This document shows positions 39,500 through 49,981 of a stretch of DNA of 64,000 bases, one piece after another (position 1 is the first letter of the stretch; every line of letters begins with the position of its first letter). Source of the DNA: a virus (taxonomy: Duplodnaviria; Caudoviricetes); the IMG/VR virus record IMGVR_UViG_3300025450_001231. One strand, 5' to 3'. The notes below the pieces were generated by a model that saw only the letters and a list, made by a program, of their open reading frames with translations, made no database searches and was not told the DNA's origin. The translations under genes were made by a program, and so were the position numbers.

Positions 39500-41623
39500 T
39501 TAACGCAATGCCACTGACGTCATTGGAACTCTACTGGCATTGCTGGCCTGTATAGTAGGAACTTGACTCTGACTATAAACGCCTCTGTTATAATAACTAG
39601 CAACAGTTGTACCGTTAGCATCACTGCTGCTAATACCTTGTTGTGCCCACGTGGTTACTGCTCCTGCTCCTACTAGGTGACTGGCTTGCAGGAATCCTGC
39701 AGTTTGATCAGTTGGGGTATTTGCAGTAATAACTCCAGTTCTTTGTAGTGCTGCATAGTTATTGGCAGTATAGTTGTACATCTGTTGTTCTTGTACAGAA
39801 GGGTTATTTAAGAAATCTTGTGGACTGTTTAATCCGTCTTTTCCTGTCCAATTTGCAGGATTCATCACTGTGGCTTGTGTTGTGCCTGGTTTTACATATC
39901 CAGCATCGGCTAGTGCAGCTGCGCCCATTTGATATTTGCCGAGATAATTGTATTGATTTTTAGATCCGTAATTTCCGCCACTTTCATTAAATCCAACCTG
40001 AGCCATATAGGCCTGTAGTTGATCCTCGCTCAATGCTCCTAATCCTTTGCCAGGAGCAGGTTGCTTTAAGAATGAACTAGTGGGTGCCAAATTTGAAGCA
40101 GGTTGATTGGCAGCCAGGCCTGGGCCTATGTTAGAATTTTTACTACCGCCGTAGCCTTTGGCAGTTAACCCTCTTGAAATAGGATTACCTTTGATGTCTA
40201 TTCCTCTAATAATAGCTTGTGCTTGTGCCTCTGCAGAACTTTGAGTAGATCTAAGATAGGGTTCGTGAGTAGGAACTTTATAGGCCGCACTTTGTATATG
40301 ATTAGTTTCAATTTTCCAACCAATGTTACCATCGCTTATAGTATCAAATAGACTGTATCGAGTTAAAGGTGTTGGAGGATTTACCTGTGGTACCTGTGCT
40401 CCGCCATTTATATCTACTGGCTTGCCTGTTAATATAAGTGGGCCTGCTGCTTCTACTCCAATAAAACCTCCGGCCAATAACGACATATTTTGTGTGGTTG
40501 CAATTTGTCCGTTACCTGCATAAACATTTAATAGATCTTTAGCAGTGGTGTTAACTGTTAAACTTTCAGTATTAACAGACTGTCCAGCATAAACATTAAA
40601 ATTTCTGGCGGCATTGATGGTGACATCAATATCACTGTGCATCATCAAGTTGCCTTGAGTACGAATACTCAGATCTCGTTTGGCATAAATCAGCACATCG
40701 CCTTCTTTGGTCAGTTCAACCCAACTGTTGCCAGTTGCATTGCTAATGTATAGTATCCCTTCGCTGTCGTTCATCAATAGCTGATGCCCGGCTGCAGTTC
40801 GCAATCTAGTTAATATACTTTCTTTATTGGCATCCCCGTCGTCCATTGTTAAACTATGGCCACCTACTCGAGTGGTAACTGGATCTGTATAATCTGGACT
40901 GTCTTGGGCAGGAATAGGTCTGCCAGGTGTGCTAATACCAAATACTCCACTGACTCCTTCTCGCTGAGCACTACTAGTTAGTGTTCCCCTGACAGGGTCG
41001 TCTTGGAGTCCTTGATTAATCAAATGCGCCAATTGATAAGGATGCAATGGTTTTGCTTCTCCAGCCCAACCACTATTGAATACACCGGGATTTTGTTCAT
41101 TAAATTCTCCAGTGGGATATATATTTCCGGGCTTAACATACTGTGCCAAAGCAGCAGGTATACTGTCTGGTTCAATCAACTCCTTAGGCAAACTACCTAT
41201 TGAAGGTATCATATGTCTACTTAGATTGTGATTAACACACGCAAACCAGTATCCGCCTTCTATCATTTTACCTTCAGGAAAACAACACAATACAAGATTA
41301 TCTATGTCCGGTGGGATCATAGTAAATCCGTAAGTTTGTTTTGTTTTGTCAAATGAATTAGTTTGATCTGAACTACCTATAGGCCCAGGAGTCGATCCCA
41401 TGAAAGGACTAGCATACAAAACCTTAAACCAGTTTTGTGGATTAGTTGGGTCGTTACCTCCGAATCCATCTATATAAACGTGCAACAATCCACTGCGTGT
41501 GCCAGTGTCCACCAGCTTAACCACACCAACATATATGCCAGGTGTTAAGGGAATAATACTTTTCGTCGAGTCAGTGAAACTGGCTTGACGATTTTTATTC
41601 ATGTACCCGCTATAAGTACTCAT
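39500..41623 (-). CDS. gp5: baseplate hub/spike, gp5-like, with C-terminal lysozyme-like domain
   Basis: OB-fold GIYVGVVK..D..RSGLLHVYI; RLRTAAGHQLLMND...SWVELTKEGDV beta-helix; ESGGNY...YLGKYQMG. Confidence 0.75.
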   Translation of the reverse strand: MSTYSGYMNKNRQASFTDSTKSIIPLTPGIYVGVVKLVDTGTRSGLLHVYIDGFGGNDPTNPQNWFKVLYASPFMGSTPGPIGSSDQTNSFDKTKQTYGFTMIPPDIDNLVLCCFPEGKMIEGGYWFACVNHNLSRHMIPSIGSLPKELIEPDSIPAALAQYVKPGNIYPTGEFNEQNPGVFNSGWAGEAKPLHPYQLAHLINQGLQDDPVRGTLTSSAQREGVSGVFGISTPGRPIPAQDSPDYTDPVTTRVGGHSLTMDDGDANKESILTRLRTAAGHQLLMNDSEGILYISNATGNSWVELTKEGDVLIYAKRDLSIRTQGNLMMHSDIDVTINAARNFNVYAGQSVNTESLTVNTTAKDLLNVYAGNGQIATTQNMSLLAGGFIGVEAAGPLILTGKPVDINGGAQVPQVNPPTPLTRYSLFDTISDGNIGWKIETNHIQSAAYKVPTHEPYLRSTQSSAEAQAQAIIRGIDIKGNPISRGLTAKGYGGSKNSNIGPGLAANQPASNLAPTSSFLKQPAPGKGLGALSEDQLQAYMAQVGFNESGGNYGSKNQYNYLGKYQMGAAALADAGYVKPGTTQATVMNPANWTGKDGLNSPQDFLNNPSVQEQQMYNYTANNYAALQRTGVITANTPTDQTAGFLQASHLVGAGAVTTWAQQGISSSDANGTTVASYYNRGVYSQSQVPTIQASNASRVPMTSVALR

Positions 41624-44286
41624 TAAAACAATCCTCCTAAGCCAGATATTCCAGACTCAATTAAACTACTTGCAGAACTACCCACTAGGTTAAGTCCCGC
41701 AGTAATGCCTGTTTGAATTGGCTGAACAACCACTGCATTAACCACTGCACCTTCTGCTTGTGCAACAACTGTATTTTCTAAAGATTTTGCAAAGCCAGGA
41801 GAGCTAACGCCAGACGATGCACCGCCGGCAGATGCGGCAGCAGTGGCAACAGGATTATTAACTATAGAAGGACCACTGGCACTTTGTGCTTGTGCAGCTT
41901 GTGTAACTGATAAGCCTTGATTTAGATAATCGTCTATTCTGGCAGAATTGGCTGGTATAGAATCTAAGTCAGAATCGTCAAATCCAATTCTTGCTAGCTC
42001 TAATTCTTGTTCAAATTTTCCTCGGCTAAAATGATTTTGTACTAAAATAACTTTGTATACTCCGCTAAACTTGTTGGCGTAAGGATTTTTATCTGGTATA
42101 GCCAGTCCTGTTGTTTCATCGTAATCTATAGGGCTCTTGAATCTAACGTAAACATACAACTCCCCTGAATCCATTGGCATATTGCCTAGATTAGATAGTG
42201 CAGAGTCCGGCGGATTACTGTCTTGTCCGTAAAAGATATCGTCTTGCTTGATAAACTGTGGATCACCAATTATTTTTAATTTTAAGGTAATCATATCGCC
42301 TTGACCAGAAATGATAAAACTGTTTAATACATCTTGCCCGGTGTTGACGTTTTGCTGATCTGCTCCTTGTCTTTTATGAGAAGCAGCATAGCTGGCAATC
42401 AAATGTGTGCCAGCAATGGCAGGCGAATTATTTTGTTTAGGCTTTTGTTCAGCAGTGGGTGTAGGAGGTGTTCCGTCGTCTAAGGATTGTTTTAAGTTTT
42501 TTTCGCTACCAGCACCAGTTTTAGGATAGTTTGATTTAAGTCTATTGGTTGTTACTTTATTAAAGTACATAAAGTTAAAATCAATTTGCAAATCAAGTAC
42601 ATCTCTATTGCTGTTAGACTGCCCAGACGAGCTAGTACCGCCTGTAAAAATATAATTATATTCTTTGACCCATCCTTGTTGTCTGCCAGTTGGACCATTG
42701 GGATGTCTACTGTTAACAGTCCAGGGCTTAACAAAGTAAGTTACATTATAAGCGTATTGATCTAATGTTTGATCGTAGTCTATCAATTCTACTTTAGGTA
42801 TAATTTTTATCCATTTCAACGGTTGATCTTTTTGTCCTTGTTGATACGACGATGTTGGATCTAACAATTGATTTCGCAAATAATCACTGTTAGAAACTGC
42901 AAATTCTATTAGGGAATCTATACTAGTACCAGCTGGAATATTAAAATATCCCTGTTGAAAATCTATACCTGATTTACTTTTGCCCACGGCAGCGTGTGTT
43001 AAATTTACAGGAGCTCCGCCTTGCGGGTGAATTAGCGAAGATGCAATGCTAGGATCAAAAACAACACTATAAGTAGAAGCAACCTTAATCTGTTGTGCTT
43101 GCAATAATTTTTGCTGATGATTGTTCATGGCATCAATGATACCGTTGGTGCCGCCACCTAACCCATACTCGTCTGTAGTACCGCCAGCACCTGCAGCTCC
43201 GCCTGTGCCAAATAAATCACTTACTGTTTTGGCAACAACACCAAAGTTTGCAGGAGTTACTCCATACAATTCACTGAATGCCGAATGATTAAATGCAACA
43301 AAAGTCACTGCGTATTCTGCACCTTTTGTTGTAATTTTGGTTTTCATTGTTACAATTTGTATAGGTAACACTTTTTTCAAATCATCTATTGGTCCCACAA
43401 AGTCTGGGCCCGCATCTGAATCGTCATTGTTATAGCCAAAGAAATCAATTTGCAATATGTAAGGTTGTCTAAGATAGTTGGTAATGCCTTTATCCAATGA
43501 TGCTTTTACTAGTCTATCAATGAAACTAAACCCGTTAGGTTCAACTAGTGTAAAACTACCTTCTATTAGATTACTACTTCTGTTTCGAGTTGTAGTACTG
43601 ATGTAGGTGCTCATCTTAAAGTCTTCAAAGAAAAAATCTTCAGTGAAGTTGGGATCACGCAATCCTGAAGACACAGGAAATCTACCTGCACTGGCAATCA
43701 ATACATTTTGAGGAGTATACCCAGATGGATTATTGATAGTACTGTTATAGGTATTCATATCTAACAAGTGTAGACTTAACCCATAAGTGTAATCATCATA
43801 GTTATGTAGTGGATTTGCTTGCGGAGTAAAGGCCGCAGCTTGGGATGACAAACTATTGCTAGTACCAGTATTCGCGCTAGGCGAAGATGTACCCGCAGTT
43901 CCGTCTAAAGAATTAGTAGATGGTCTTACTGCAGACGATGTTTGATCGCTAGGTGATCCAGCAGTTATTGAAGTTGCACCTCCCAGTGTGTTGGCTGGCC
44001 CAGAATGCGGTACTGGAGAATTTTGCCAATCTGCTAGTGCATTACCTGGCGCAATAGAATTTTGCCAAGCAGTATAAGCCATATCCAATTGTTTCTGCTG
44101 ATCAGCAGCTGCTGAAATTGCAGCAGAAGGCGTTGCAGGTATTGCAGTTGAAGTAGCATTGGTTGACGGTAATACCGGAACTGGCTGATTTGGTGTAGGT
44201 GTTTGAGAATTAAATAACCCGTTGAAGAAATTACTTACTGATGCGCCTTGTTGTTGAGCTGCAGCTTGGCCAAGTTGTGATGCCAT
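41623..44286 (-). CDS. baseplate hub protein (gp27-like, inferred)
   Basis: Position between gp53 and gp5; LKLKIIGDP...GVYKVILVQNHFSRGKFEQELELAR. Confidence 0.5.
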   Translation of the reverse strand: MASQLGQAAAQQQGASVSNFFNGLFNSQTPTPNQPVPVLPSTNATSTAIPATPSAAISAAADQQKQLDMAYTAWQNSIAPGNALADWQNSPVPHSGPANTLGGATSITAGSPSDQTSSAVRPSTNSLDGTAGTSSPSANTGTSNSLSSQAAAFTPQANPLHNYDDYTYGLSLHLLDMNTYNSTINNPSGYTPQNVLIASAGRFPVSSGLRDPNFTEDFFFEDFKMSTYISTTTRNRSSNLIEGSFTLVEPNGFSFIDRLVKASLDKGITNYLRQPYILQIDFFGYNNDDSDAGPDFVGPIDDLKKVLPIQIVTMKTKITTKGAEYAVTFVAFNHSAFSELYGVTPANFGVVAKTVSDLFGTGGAAGAGGTTDEYGLGGGTNGIIDAMNNHQQKLLQAQQIKVASTYSVVFDPSIASSLIHPQGGAPVNLTHAAVGKSKSGIDFQQGYFNIPAGTSIDSLIEFAVSNSDYLRNQLLDPTSSYQQGQKDQPLKWIKIIPKVELIDYDQTLDQYAYNVTYFVKPWTVNSRHPNGPTGRQQGWVKEYNYIFTGGTSSSGQSNSNRDVLDLQIDFNFMYFNKVTTNRLKSNYPKTGAGSEKNLKQSLDDGTPPTPTAEQKPKQNNSPAIAGTHLIASYAASHKRQGADQQNVNTGQDVLNSFIISGQGDMITLKLKIIGDPQFIKQDDIFYGQDSNPPDSALSNLGNMPMDSGELYVYVRFKSPIDYDETTGLAIPDKNPYANKFSGVYKVILVQNHFSRGKFEQELELARIGFDDSDLDSIPANSARIDDYLNQGLSVTQAAQAQSASGPSIVNNPVATAAASAGGASSGVSSPGFAKSLENTVVAQAEGAVVNAVVVQPIQTGITAGLNLVGSSASSLIESGISGLGGLF

Positions 44287-44289
44287 TGA

Positions 44290-44589
44290 TTATCCTAACA
44301 CCGCAGTAATAGTATTTTTATTAGGTATGAAAATTTGTAACCCTGGAGTCATATCTTTAACAGGATCTTCAATTCTGTCGGGGTTACGTGCTGCAAATAC
44401 CCACCAAAGGTTAGCATCGCCGTATAGGTCATAGGCCAATAGGTCTGGTCGATTTTGATAAATTAAATTTATTGTAAACAGTACATCGTCATATTTTGCT
44501 GGTATAACTGGTATATTGACCACGTCCATGAAATTACCAAAATATTTTGCACCGTAGTAAGGGCTATGTCTACTGTATGTTGCTGACAT
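44290..44589 (-). CDS. gp53: baseplate wedge protein, gp53/LysM-like
   Basis: RPDLLAYDLYGDANLWWVFAARNP. Confidence 0.8.
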   Translation of the reverse strand: MSATYSRHSPYYGAKYFGNFMDVVNIPVIPAKYDDVLFTINLIYQNRPDLLAYDLYGDANLWWVFAARNPDRIEDPVKDMTPGLQIFIPNKNTITAVLG

Positions 44590-45401
44590 TATAGGAATCC
44601 TCCAGATGAACCGCCGCTAGGCTGTCTTAGTGTTCCGGCACCATAATCAACTAATCCAAAATTATTGGCAATATTATTTCTGCTGTAAACAGGTTGCAGA
44701 GTTACCTGTAGTTGACTTAGTGTTGGCAATCTAACCGGAGCACCTACTGCATTAGTACCAGCAGGAATTTCCATATAGTCAACATCTGATGGTAACGTAT
44801 GGCTAAAATTAGTTACTACACAAGGAACGTTTGGAAAATATTCGCTACCGTATCCGTTCAAGAATACCATTGGGGGAGGAGTTCCTGCTAACACATCTTT
44901 TCCGTAGAACATTTTTGTAGACACTCGAAAAAACTGTATTGCTGCCATTAAATATGTGCCTTCTTCTACATTTTGTACTGTAAAGTCTCCGGTTATACTA
45001 ATTGCTCCAATTTCACTACCTTCGTAAAAGTAACTGGCGTAGTTACTGTGTGTTAATGTATTGGTTCCATACCTTGCAGTATGCGAAACAGTAATTTGTG
45101 GTGTATAAGGAAATATTACTCCATTTGTTATCGACAATGGACTCATCAGTGAATTGGGAGTATTATAGAATAAATCGGCTACTGTCTGTTGAAAACTAAG
45201 TCTGATACGCCAATCCTGTGTAGTATCCACTACTCCACCACCAGCATTTACGTATGTAGGAGGAGCAACTACTGATCCAGATAATGGCTGATAGGGGTTC
45301 GAGCCCCCGGGTACCAGCCCAGATGCCGCAAGTCGTGTACTCGTAGGAGTATACGGTTGTCCGTTTGGATATATTGCCTGGGTTGGGATCGGATCTGCCA
45401 T
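44589..45401 (-). CDS. baseplate tail-tube cap/initiator (gp48/gp54-like)
   Basis: GVIFPYTPQI, PPPMVFLNGYG..YFPNVPCVVTNFS. Confidence 0.55.
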   Translation of the reverse strand: MADPIPTQAIYPNGQPYTPTSTRLAASGLVPGGSNPYQPLSGSVVAPPTYVNAGGGVVDTTQDWRIRLSFQQTVADLFYNTPNSLMSPLSITNGVIFPYTPQITVSHTARYGTNTLTHSNYASYFYEGSEIGAISITGDFTVQNVEEGTYLMAAIQFFRVSTKMFYGKDVLAGTPPPMVFLNGYGSEYFPNVPCVVTNFSHTLPSDVDYMEIPAGTNAVGAPVRLPTLSQLQVTLQPVYSRNNIANNFGLVDYGAGTLRQPSGGSSGGFL

Positions 45402-45462
45402 TTTTATTGTGCCTTGTGTTAAATATTTATGGCAAATAAAATCTGGGCATATTATAAAAAGG

Positions 45463-45492
45463 TTGACAACACGTAGTAAAAAGTGTTAATAT
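45463..45492 (+). promoter_or_regulatory. sigma70-like promoter for gp55
   Basis: TTGACA 45463-45468; TGtTAATAT 45484-45492. Confidence 0.55.
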
Positions 45493-45516
45493 ATATCTAT
45501 AGCCAGGAGAACTAAA

Positions 45517-46389
45517 ATTAAGTTTAATTACCTTAACAACAAAGACATTCTTAAAGAGATACACAAAAGTAAAACCACATACTGTTCATACATTGGGCCA
45601 GAATGTGCAGACTACGATATCATTCTAGATAATGTTAAAAAAATTAACAAGAAAAACACGTTAGAAGCTAGAAAACTAAGAGCTGAGCGTTTGGCCAAAG
45701 CTGCTTATGATGCAGCAGTATTAGCCACTGGTGAAAAGCAAAAGATGGATCAGTTTGAAATCAAATACACAAAGATTCCTGCTACTGATGTGGTGTTTAG
45801 AGTTATGACTTGGGAACACGTACCAATTGACGATGTTAAAACTCGTAGAGCAAAAGATGTTGCCAAAGGCTTATTCGAAGATGAAGACGAAGTTACCCAT
45901 ACCGAATACGACGAAGAAGACCCAAAACACAACAAATATATCAAAGTAAATTTTCCACCGTTTTATCATTATCGAGTAGACGAAGAAGGTAACCCAGTAC
46001 TAGTGGGCAAAAGCCATTGGAAAGGTGATTTGGAAACTGGAGAGTTCAGCAAGGATCACGGCGCAATGACCAATAAATTGGCTCATATGTTTATGAAACT
46101 GTGTGAGCGTTATGCTACTCGTAGTAATTGGCGTGGTTATACATATAATGACGAAATGCGCAGCCAAGCACTATTGCAACTGAGCCAAATTGGACTACAG
46201 TTTGATGAGTCCAAAAGTCAAAATCCATTTGCTTACTATACTGCGGCCATTACCAATAGTTTTACCCGTGTGCTTAATGTAGAGAAACGCAATCAAAACA
46301 TTCGAGACGATATTTTAGAAATGAACAACTTAAACCCCAGTTATACTCGACAAGGTATGAGTGGCGGTAGTAGTTCATACGAAGAATAA
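45517..46389 (+). CDS. gp55: late-transcription sigma factor, gp55-like; ATT start
   Basis: YNDEMRSQAL...FDESKSQNPFAYYTAAITNSFTRVLNVEKRNQ; the frame is open from TAA 45487-45489, with AGGAGA at 45505-45510 six nt before ATT. Confidence 0.8.
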   Translation: MKFNYLNNKDILKEIHKSKTTYCSYIGPECADYDIILDNVKKINKKNTLEARKLRAERLAKAAYDAAVLATGEKQKMDQFEIKYTKIPATDVVFRVMTWEHVPIDDVKTRRAKDVAKGLFEDEDEVTHTEYDEEDPKHNKYIKVNFPPFYHYRVDEEGNPVLVGKSHWKGDLETGEFSKDHGAMTNKLAHMFMKLCERYATRSNWRGYTYNDEMRSQALLQLSQIGLQFDESKSQNPFAYYTAAITNSFTRVLNVEKRNQNIRDDILEMNNLNPSYTRQGMSGGSSSYEE

Positions 46390-46462
46390 ACAGACACTCG
46401 AAAAGATTGATCTTTTGTTTACAATAGTGTAAACTGTATAGTCACGCACAATAAAGGATACG

Positions 46463-47479
46463 ATGAGTAATTTATTTAAGAAAGCTGCACTATTCACTGA
46501 TATACACTTTGGACTAAAGTCCAATAGTCTATTACACAACGAAGACTGTTTGAATTTTGTCAAATGGGCTACAACCAAAGCCAAAGAAGAAGGCTGTGAA
46601 ACTGCAATGTTCTTGGGAGATTGGCACAATAATCGTGCCAATATCAATATTTTAACGTTGACCTACAGTTTAGAAGCGTTGGAGCACTTAAATGATAATT
46701 TTGATCGTGTTTATTTCATTCCTGGCAACCATGATCTGTACTATCGCGACAAAAGAGATGTTCAAAGTGTTGCGTGGGCAAAGCATCTCCCAAATGTACA
46801 AATATGCAATGATTGGTTCAGCGATGGTAATGTGGTCATTTCCCCTTGGTTGGTGGCTGATGATTATAAAAGAATTCCTAAACTAAAAGGAAAATATATG
46901 TTTGGGCATTTTGAATTGCCCAACTTTTATATGAATGCCATGATACAGATGCCAGATCATGGTGAAGTTAAAAGCGAACACTTTGACCAGTTTGAACACG
47001 TGTTCACCGGACATTTTCATAAACGACAAACATCAAAAAATATTACCTACATTGGTAATTGCTTTCCGCACAATTATGCAGACTCTGGAGATGATGACCG
47101 AGGACTAACTGTATTGGAGTGGGGCAAAGATCCTGTGCACTATGCGTGGCCGGATCAGCCCACATATCGAGTTATGGGACTCAGTACCATATTGAATCAC
47201 GCAGATGCAGTACTAAAACCCGGAATGCACGTTAGAGTAAATCTTGATATTGATATCAGTTACGAAGAAGCCAACTTTATCAAAGAAACTTATTTAGGCA
47301 GTCATAATCTGAGAGAGATTACACTGATCAGTCAGCGTAGTACCGATTTAGATGAATATGCTATACAAGGTAACGTAAACTTTGAAAGTGTAGACCAAAT
47401 TGTAACCAATCAATTAACGGCTATCTCCAGTGAACATTACGACAACAATCTCTTGCTCGACATCTATAGAAACCTGTAA
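46463..47479 (+). CDS. gp47: recombination nuclease subunit (Mre11/SbcD-like)
   Basis: FTDIHFG, FLGDWH, IPGNHD, FGHFE, TGHFH. Confidence 0.92.
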   Translation: MSNLFKKAALFTDIHFGLKSNSLLHNEDCLNFVKWATTKAKEEGCETAMFLGDWHNNRANINILTLTYSLEALEHLNDNFDRVYFIPGNHDLYYRDKRDVQSVAWAKHLPNVQICNDWFSDGNVVISPWLVADDYKRIPKLKGKYMFGHFELPNFYMNAMIQMPDHGEVKSEHFDQFEHVFTGHFHKRQTSKNITYIGNCFPHNYADSGDDDRGLTVLEWGKDPVHYAWPDQPTYRVMGLSTILNHADAVLKPGMHVRVNLDIDISYEEANFIKETYLGSHNLREITLISQRSTDLDEYAIQGNVNFESVDQIVTNQLTAISSEHYDNNLLLDIYRNL

Positions 47480-47487
47480 AATAACTA

Positions 47488-49260
47488 ATGCTTAAAATTC
47501 GCAGTTTATCAGTTCGCAACTTTATGAGTGTAGGTAATGCTACACAGGCCATTAACTTTGACAGAGAAGATTTAACTCTTGTATTGGGAGAGAATCTTGA
47601 TCTCGGAGGAGACGACAGTGGTGCACGTAATGGTACAGGTAAAACCACTATCATTAACGCACTGAGCTATGCACTCTTTGGCCAAGCGTTAACCAACATT
47701 AAAAAAGATAACTTAATCAACAAGACCAATACCAAAGGTATGTTGGTAACCATTGACTTTGAATGTAATGGACAGAGCTATCGCATTGAGCGTGGTAGAA
47801 AACCCAATGTACTGAAGTTTTATGTTAACGATGCTGAACAGGAAAGCAAAGACGACAACAGTCAAGGTGATTCAAGAGAAACACAACAAGAAATTGAACG
47901 ATTGCTTGCTATGAGTCACGATATGTTCAAACATATCTTGGCTTTGAATACTTACACTGAACCATTTTTGAGCTTGAAAGCCAACGATCAACGTGCTATT
48001 ATCGAACAATTGTTGGGTATTACACTACTAAGTGAGCGTGCAGAAGTATTAAAAGAACAAAATAAAACAACAAAAGACGCTATCCAGCAAGAAGAATACC
48101 GTCTTAAGGCGGTAAATGACGCTAACAATCGTATTAAAGAACAAATAGATGCATTGGTTCGCAGACAAACGTTGTGGCAAAAGAAAAAAGCCGACGATTT
48201 ATCTTCTTTACAAGTGGCTTATGACGAGCTGGCAAAATTAGACATCGAAGCAGAGATAACTGCACATCAGGCCTTAAATGCTTATAACACAAAACGCAAA
48301 GCCATTACCGAACTAACCAATTGGATAAAACGGTGTGAGCTGGATGAAAAACGTGAAAACAAAATTATCGATCAACTGCGAGCTGATATTGCTGCCTTAG
48401 AAGATCACAAGTGTCACGCCTGTGGACAAGACTTACACGACGACAGCCACGAAAAGATGTTGGAATCTAAACGTAGTGCTTTACAAGAAGCTGCGCTACA
48501 AGCATTGGCTACCAACACACAATGGATGGAGCATACTCAAGCACTGGCAGACCTGGGTGAGTTAGGTGCACAACCTAAAGTTTATTACAACACCGAAGCA
48601 GATGCTTTTGAACATCGTAGTAGTATGTCTACATTATTAAGTCAGATTGTAAGTAAAGAAAGCGAAGCTGACCCTTTTGCAGAACAAATTGACGATATGA
48701 AAACACAGGCTCTGCAAGAAGTCAGCTACGATTTAATGAATACTTTAACAAAAATTCGAGAACATCAAGAGTTTTTGTTGAAGTTGTTGACAAACAAAGA
48801 CAGTTTTATACGTAAAAAGATCATTGATCAGAATCTCAATTACTTGAATGCACGCCTAAGTCAGTACTTAGACCGTATTGGATTACCACATACCGTTAAA
48901 TTCCAAAACGATTTAACTGTTAGCATTGAAGAATTAGGTAGAGAGCTAGACTTTGACAATCTCAGTAGAGGCGAACGCAATAGGCTTATTTTAAGTTTGA
49001 GCTGGGCCTTTAGAGATGTTTGGGAAGGTCTATATCAACCTATTAACTTGTTGTTTATCGACGAGTTGATTGATAGTGGATTGGACAGTTCGGGCGTTGA
49101 AAACAGTTTAGCAATACTTAAAAAGATGAGCCGAGAGGCCAACAAGAGTGTTTGGTTAGTAAGTCACAAAGACGAACTGATCAGCAGGGTTAACAATATA
49201 CTAAAAGTAGTAAAAAGCAACGGATTTACAGAGTACGACAGTACAGTAGAAATAACATAA
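47488..49260 (+). CDS. gp46: recombination ATPase subunit (Rad50/SbcC-like)
   Basis: NFMSVGN, GARNGTGKT, zinc hook CHACG, LSRGE signature, LFIDELID. Confidence 0.92.
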   Translation: MLKIRSLSVRNFMSVGNATQAINFDREDLTLVLGENLDLGGDDSGARNGTGKTTIINALSYALFGQALTNIKKDNLINKTNTKGMLVTIDFECNGQSYRIERGRKPNVLKFYVNDAEQESKDDNSQGDSRETQQEIERLLAMSHDMFKHILALNTYTEPFLSLKANDQRAIIEQLLGITLLSERAEVLKEQNKTTKDAIQQEEYRLKAVNDANNRIKEQIDALVRRQTLWQKKKADDLSSLQVAYDELAKLDIEAEITAHQALNAYNTKRKAITELTNWIKRCELDEKRENKIIDQLRADIAALEDHKCHACGQDLHDDSHEKMLESKRSALQEAALQALATNTQWMEHTQALADLGELGAQPKVYYNTEADAFEHRSSMSTLLSQIVSKESEADPFAEQIDDMKTQALQEVSYDLMNTLTKIREHQEFLLKLLTNKDSFIRKKIIDQNLNYLNARLSQYLDRIGLPHTVKFQNDLTVSIEELGRELDFDNLSRGERNRLILSLSWAFRDVWEGLYQPINLLFIDELIDSGLDSSGVENSLAILKKMSREANKSVWLVSHKDELISRVNNILKVVKSNGFTEYDSTVEIT

Positions 49261-49312
49261 TTTTTTATCATGGCTCACACAGGCATAACTATATTACATA
49301 TGGAGTTGTCGA

Positions 49313-49747
49313 GTGACGTGGTACTTTCAAAACAATATAATCGAGGAATTGCCTGAAGATTGTATAGGTTTTGTGTATCTTATCACTAACAACGTTTCCA
49401 ATAGGAAATACATAGGTAAGAAATTAGCCAAATTCTCAAAAACAACATACAAAACAGTAAAACTTAAAAACGGCACAAAAAAGAAAAAGAAAATCCGCTC
49501 AAAGGTCAACAGTGACTGGCGGGAATATTATGGCTCAAACGACGAATTAAACAAGGATGTGGCTGAACTAGGGGCTGAAAATTTTACAAGGGAAATACTA
49601 TACCTTTGTAAGAGTAAAGCAGAGTGCAGCTATATCGAAGCAAGAGAGCAATTTAGACACCAAGTCTTAGAATCAGCAGATTATTATAACGGACAAATCT
49701 CGGTCCGTGTTCATGGCTCCCACATCAAAAACAAGTTAAATGGTTAA
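49313..49747 (+). CDS. GIY-YIG family nuclease (free-standing)
   Basis: GFVYLITN..SNRKYIGKK...YYGS...FTREIL...YIEAREQ...YYN; GTG start. Confidence 0.85.
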   Translation: MTWYFQNNIIEELPEDCIGFVYLITNNVSNRKYIGKKLAKFSKTTYKTVKLKNGTKKKKKIRSKVNSDWREYYGSNDELNKDVAELGAENFTREILYLCKSKAECSYIEAREQFRHQVLESADYYNGQISVRVHGSHIKNKLNG

Positions 49748-49759
49748 CAGGATTTTATT

Positions 49760-49981
49760 ATGGTCAGTAAAAAGAATGAGTATGCTTTTACCAAAATGCC
49801 TTGGGGAAAGTACAAAGGTTGTTTCCTAAGTGAGTTACCGGATGATTATATAATCTGGGCAGCAAACAATTGGAGTGATCGTGGTACAAGAACCATGTTT
49901 TTAGTTGAATTAGAACGCAGAAAAGCATCTAGTAAACCAAAAGCAAAACCAAAAGATACAGTAAACAATTCAGGCAGTTAA
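49760..49981 (+). CDS. small protein, DUF3820/ExoX-C-terminal-like
   Basis: MPWGKYKG..LSELPDDYIIWA motif; AGGA RBS. Confidence 0.6.
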   Translation: MVSKKNEYAFTKMPWGKYKGCFLSELPDDYIIWAANNWSDRGTRTMFLVELERRKASSKPKAKPKDTVNNSGS

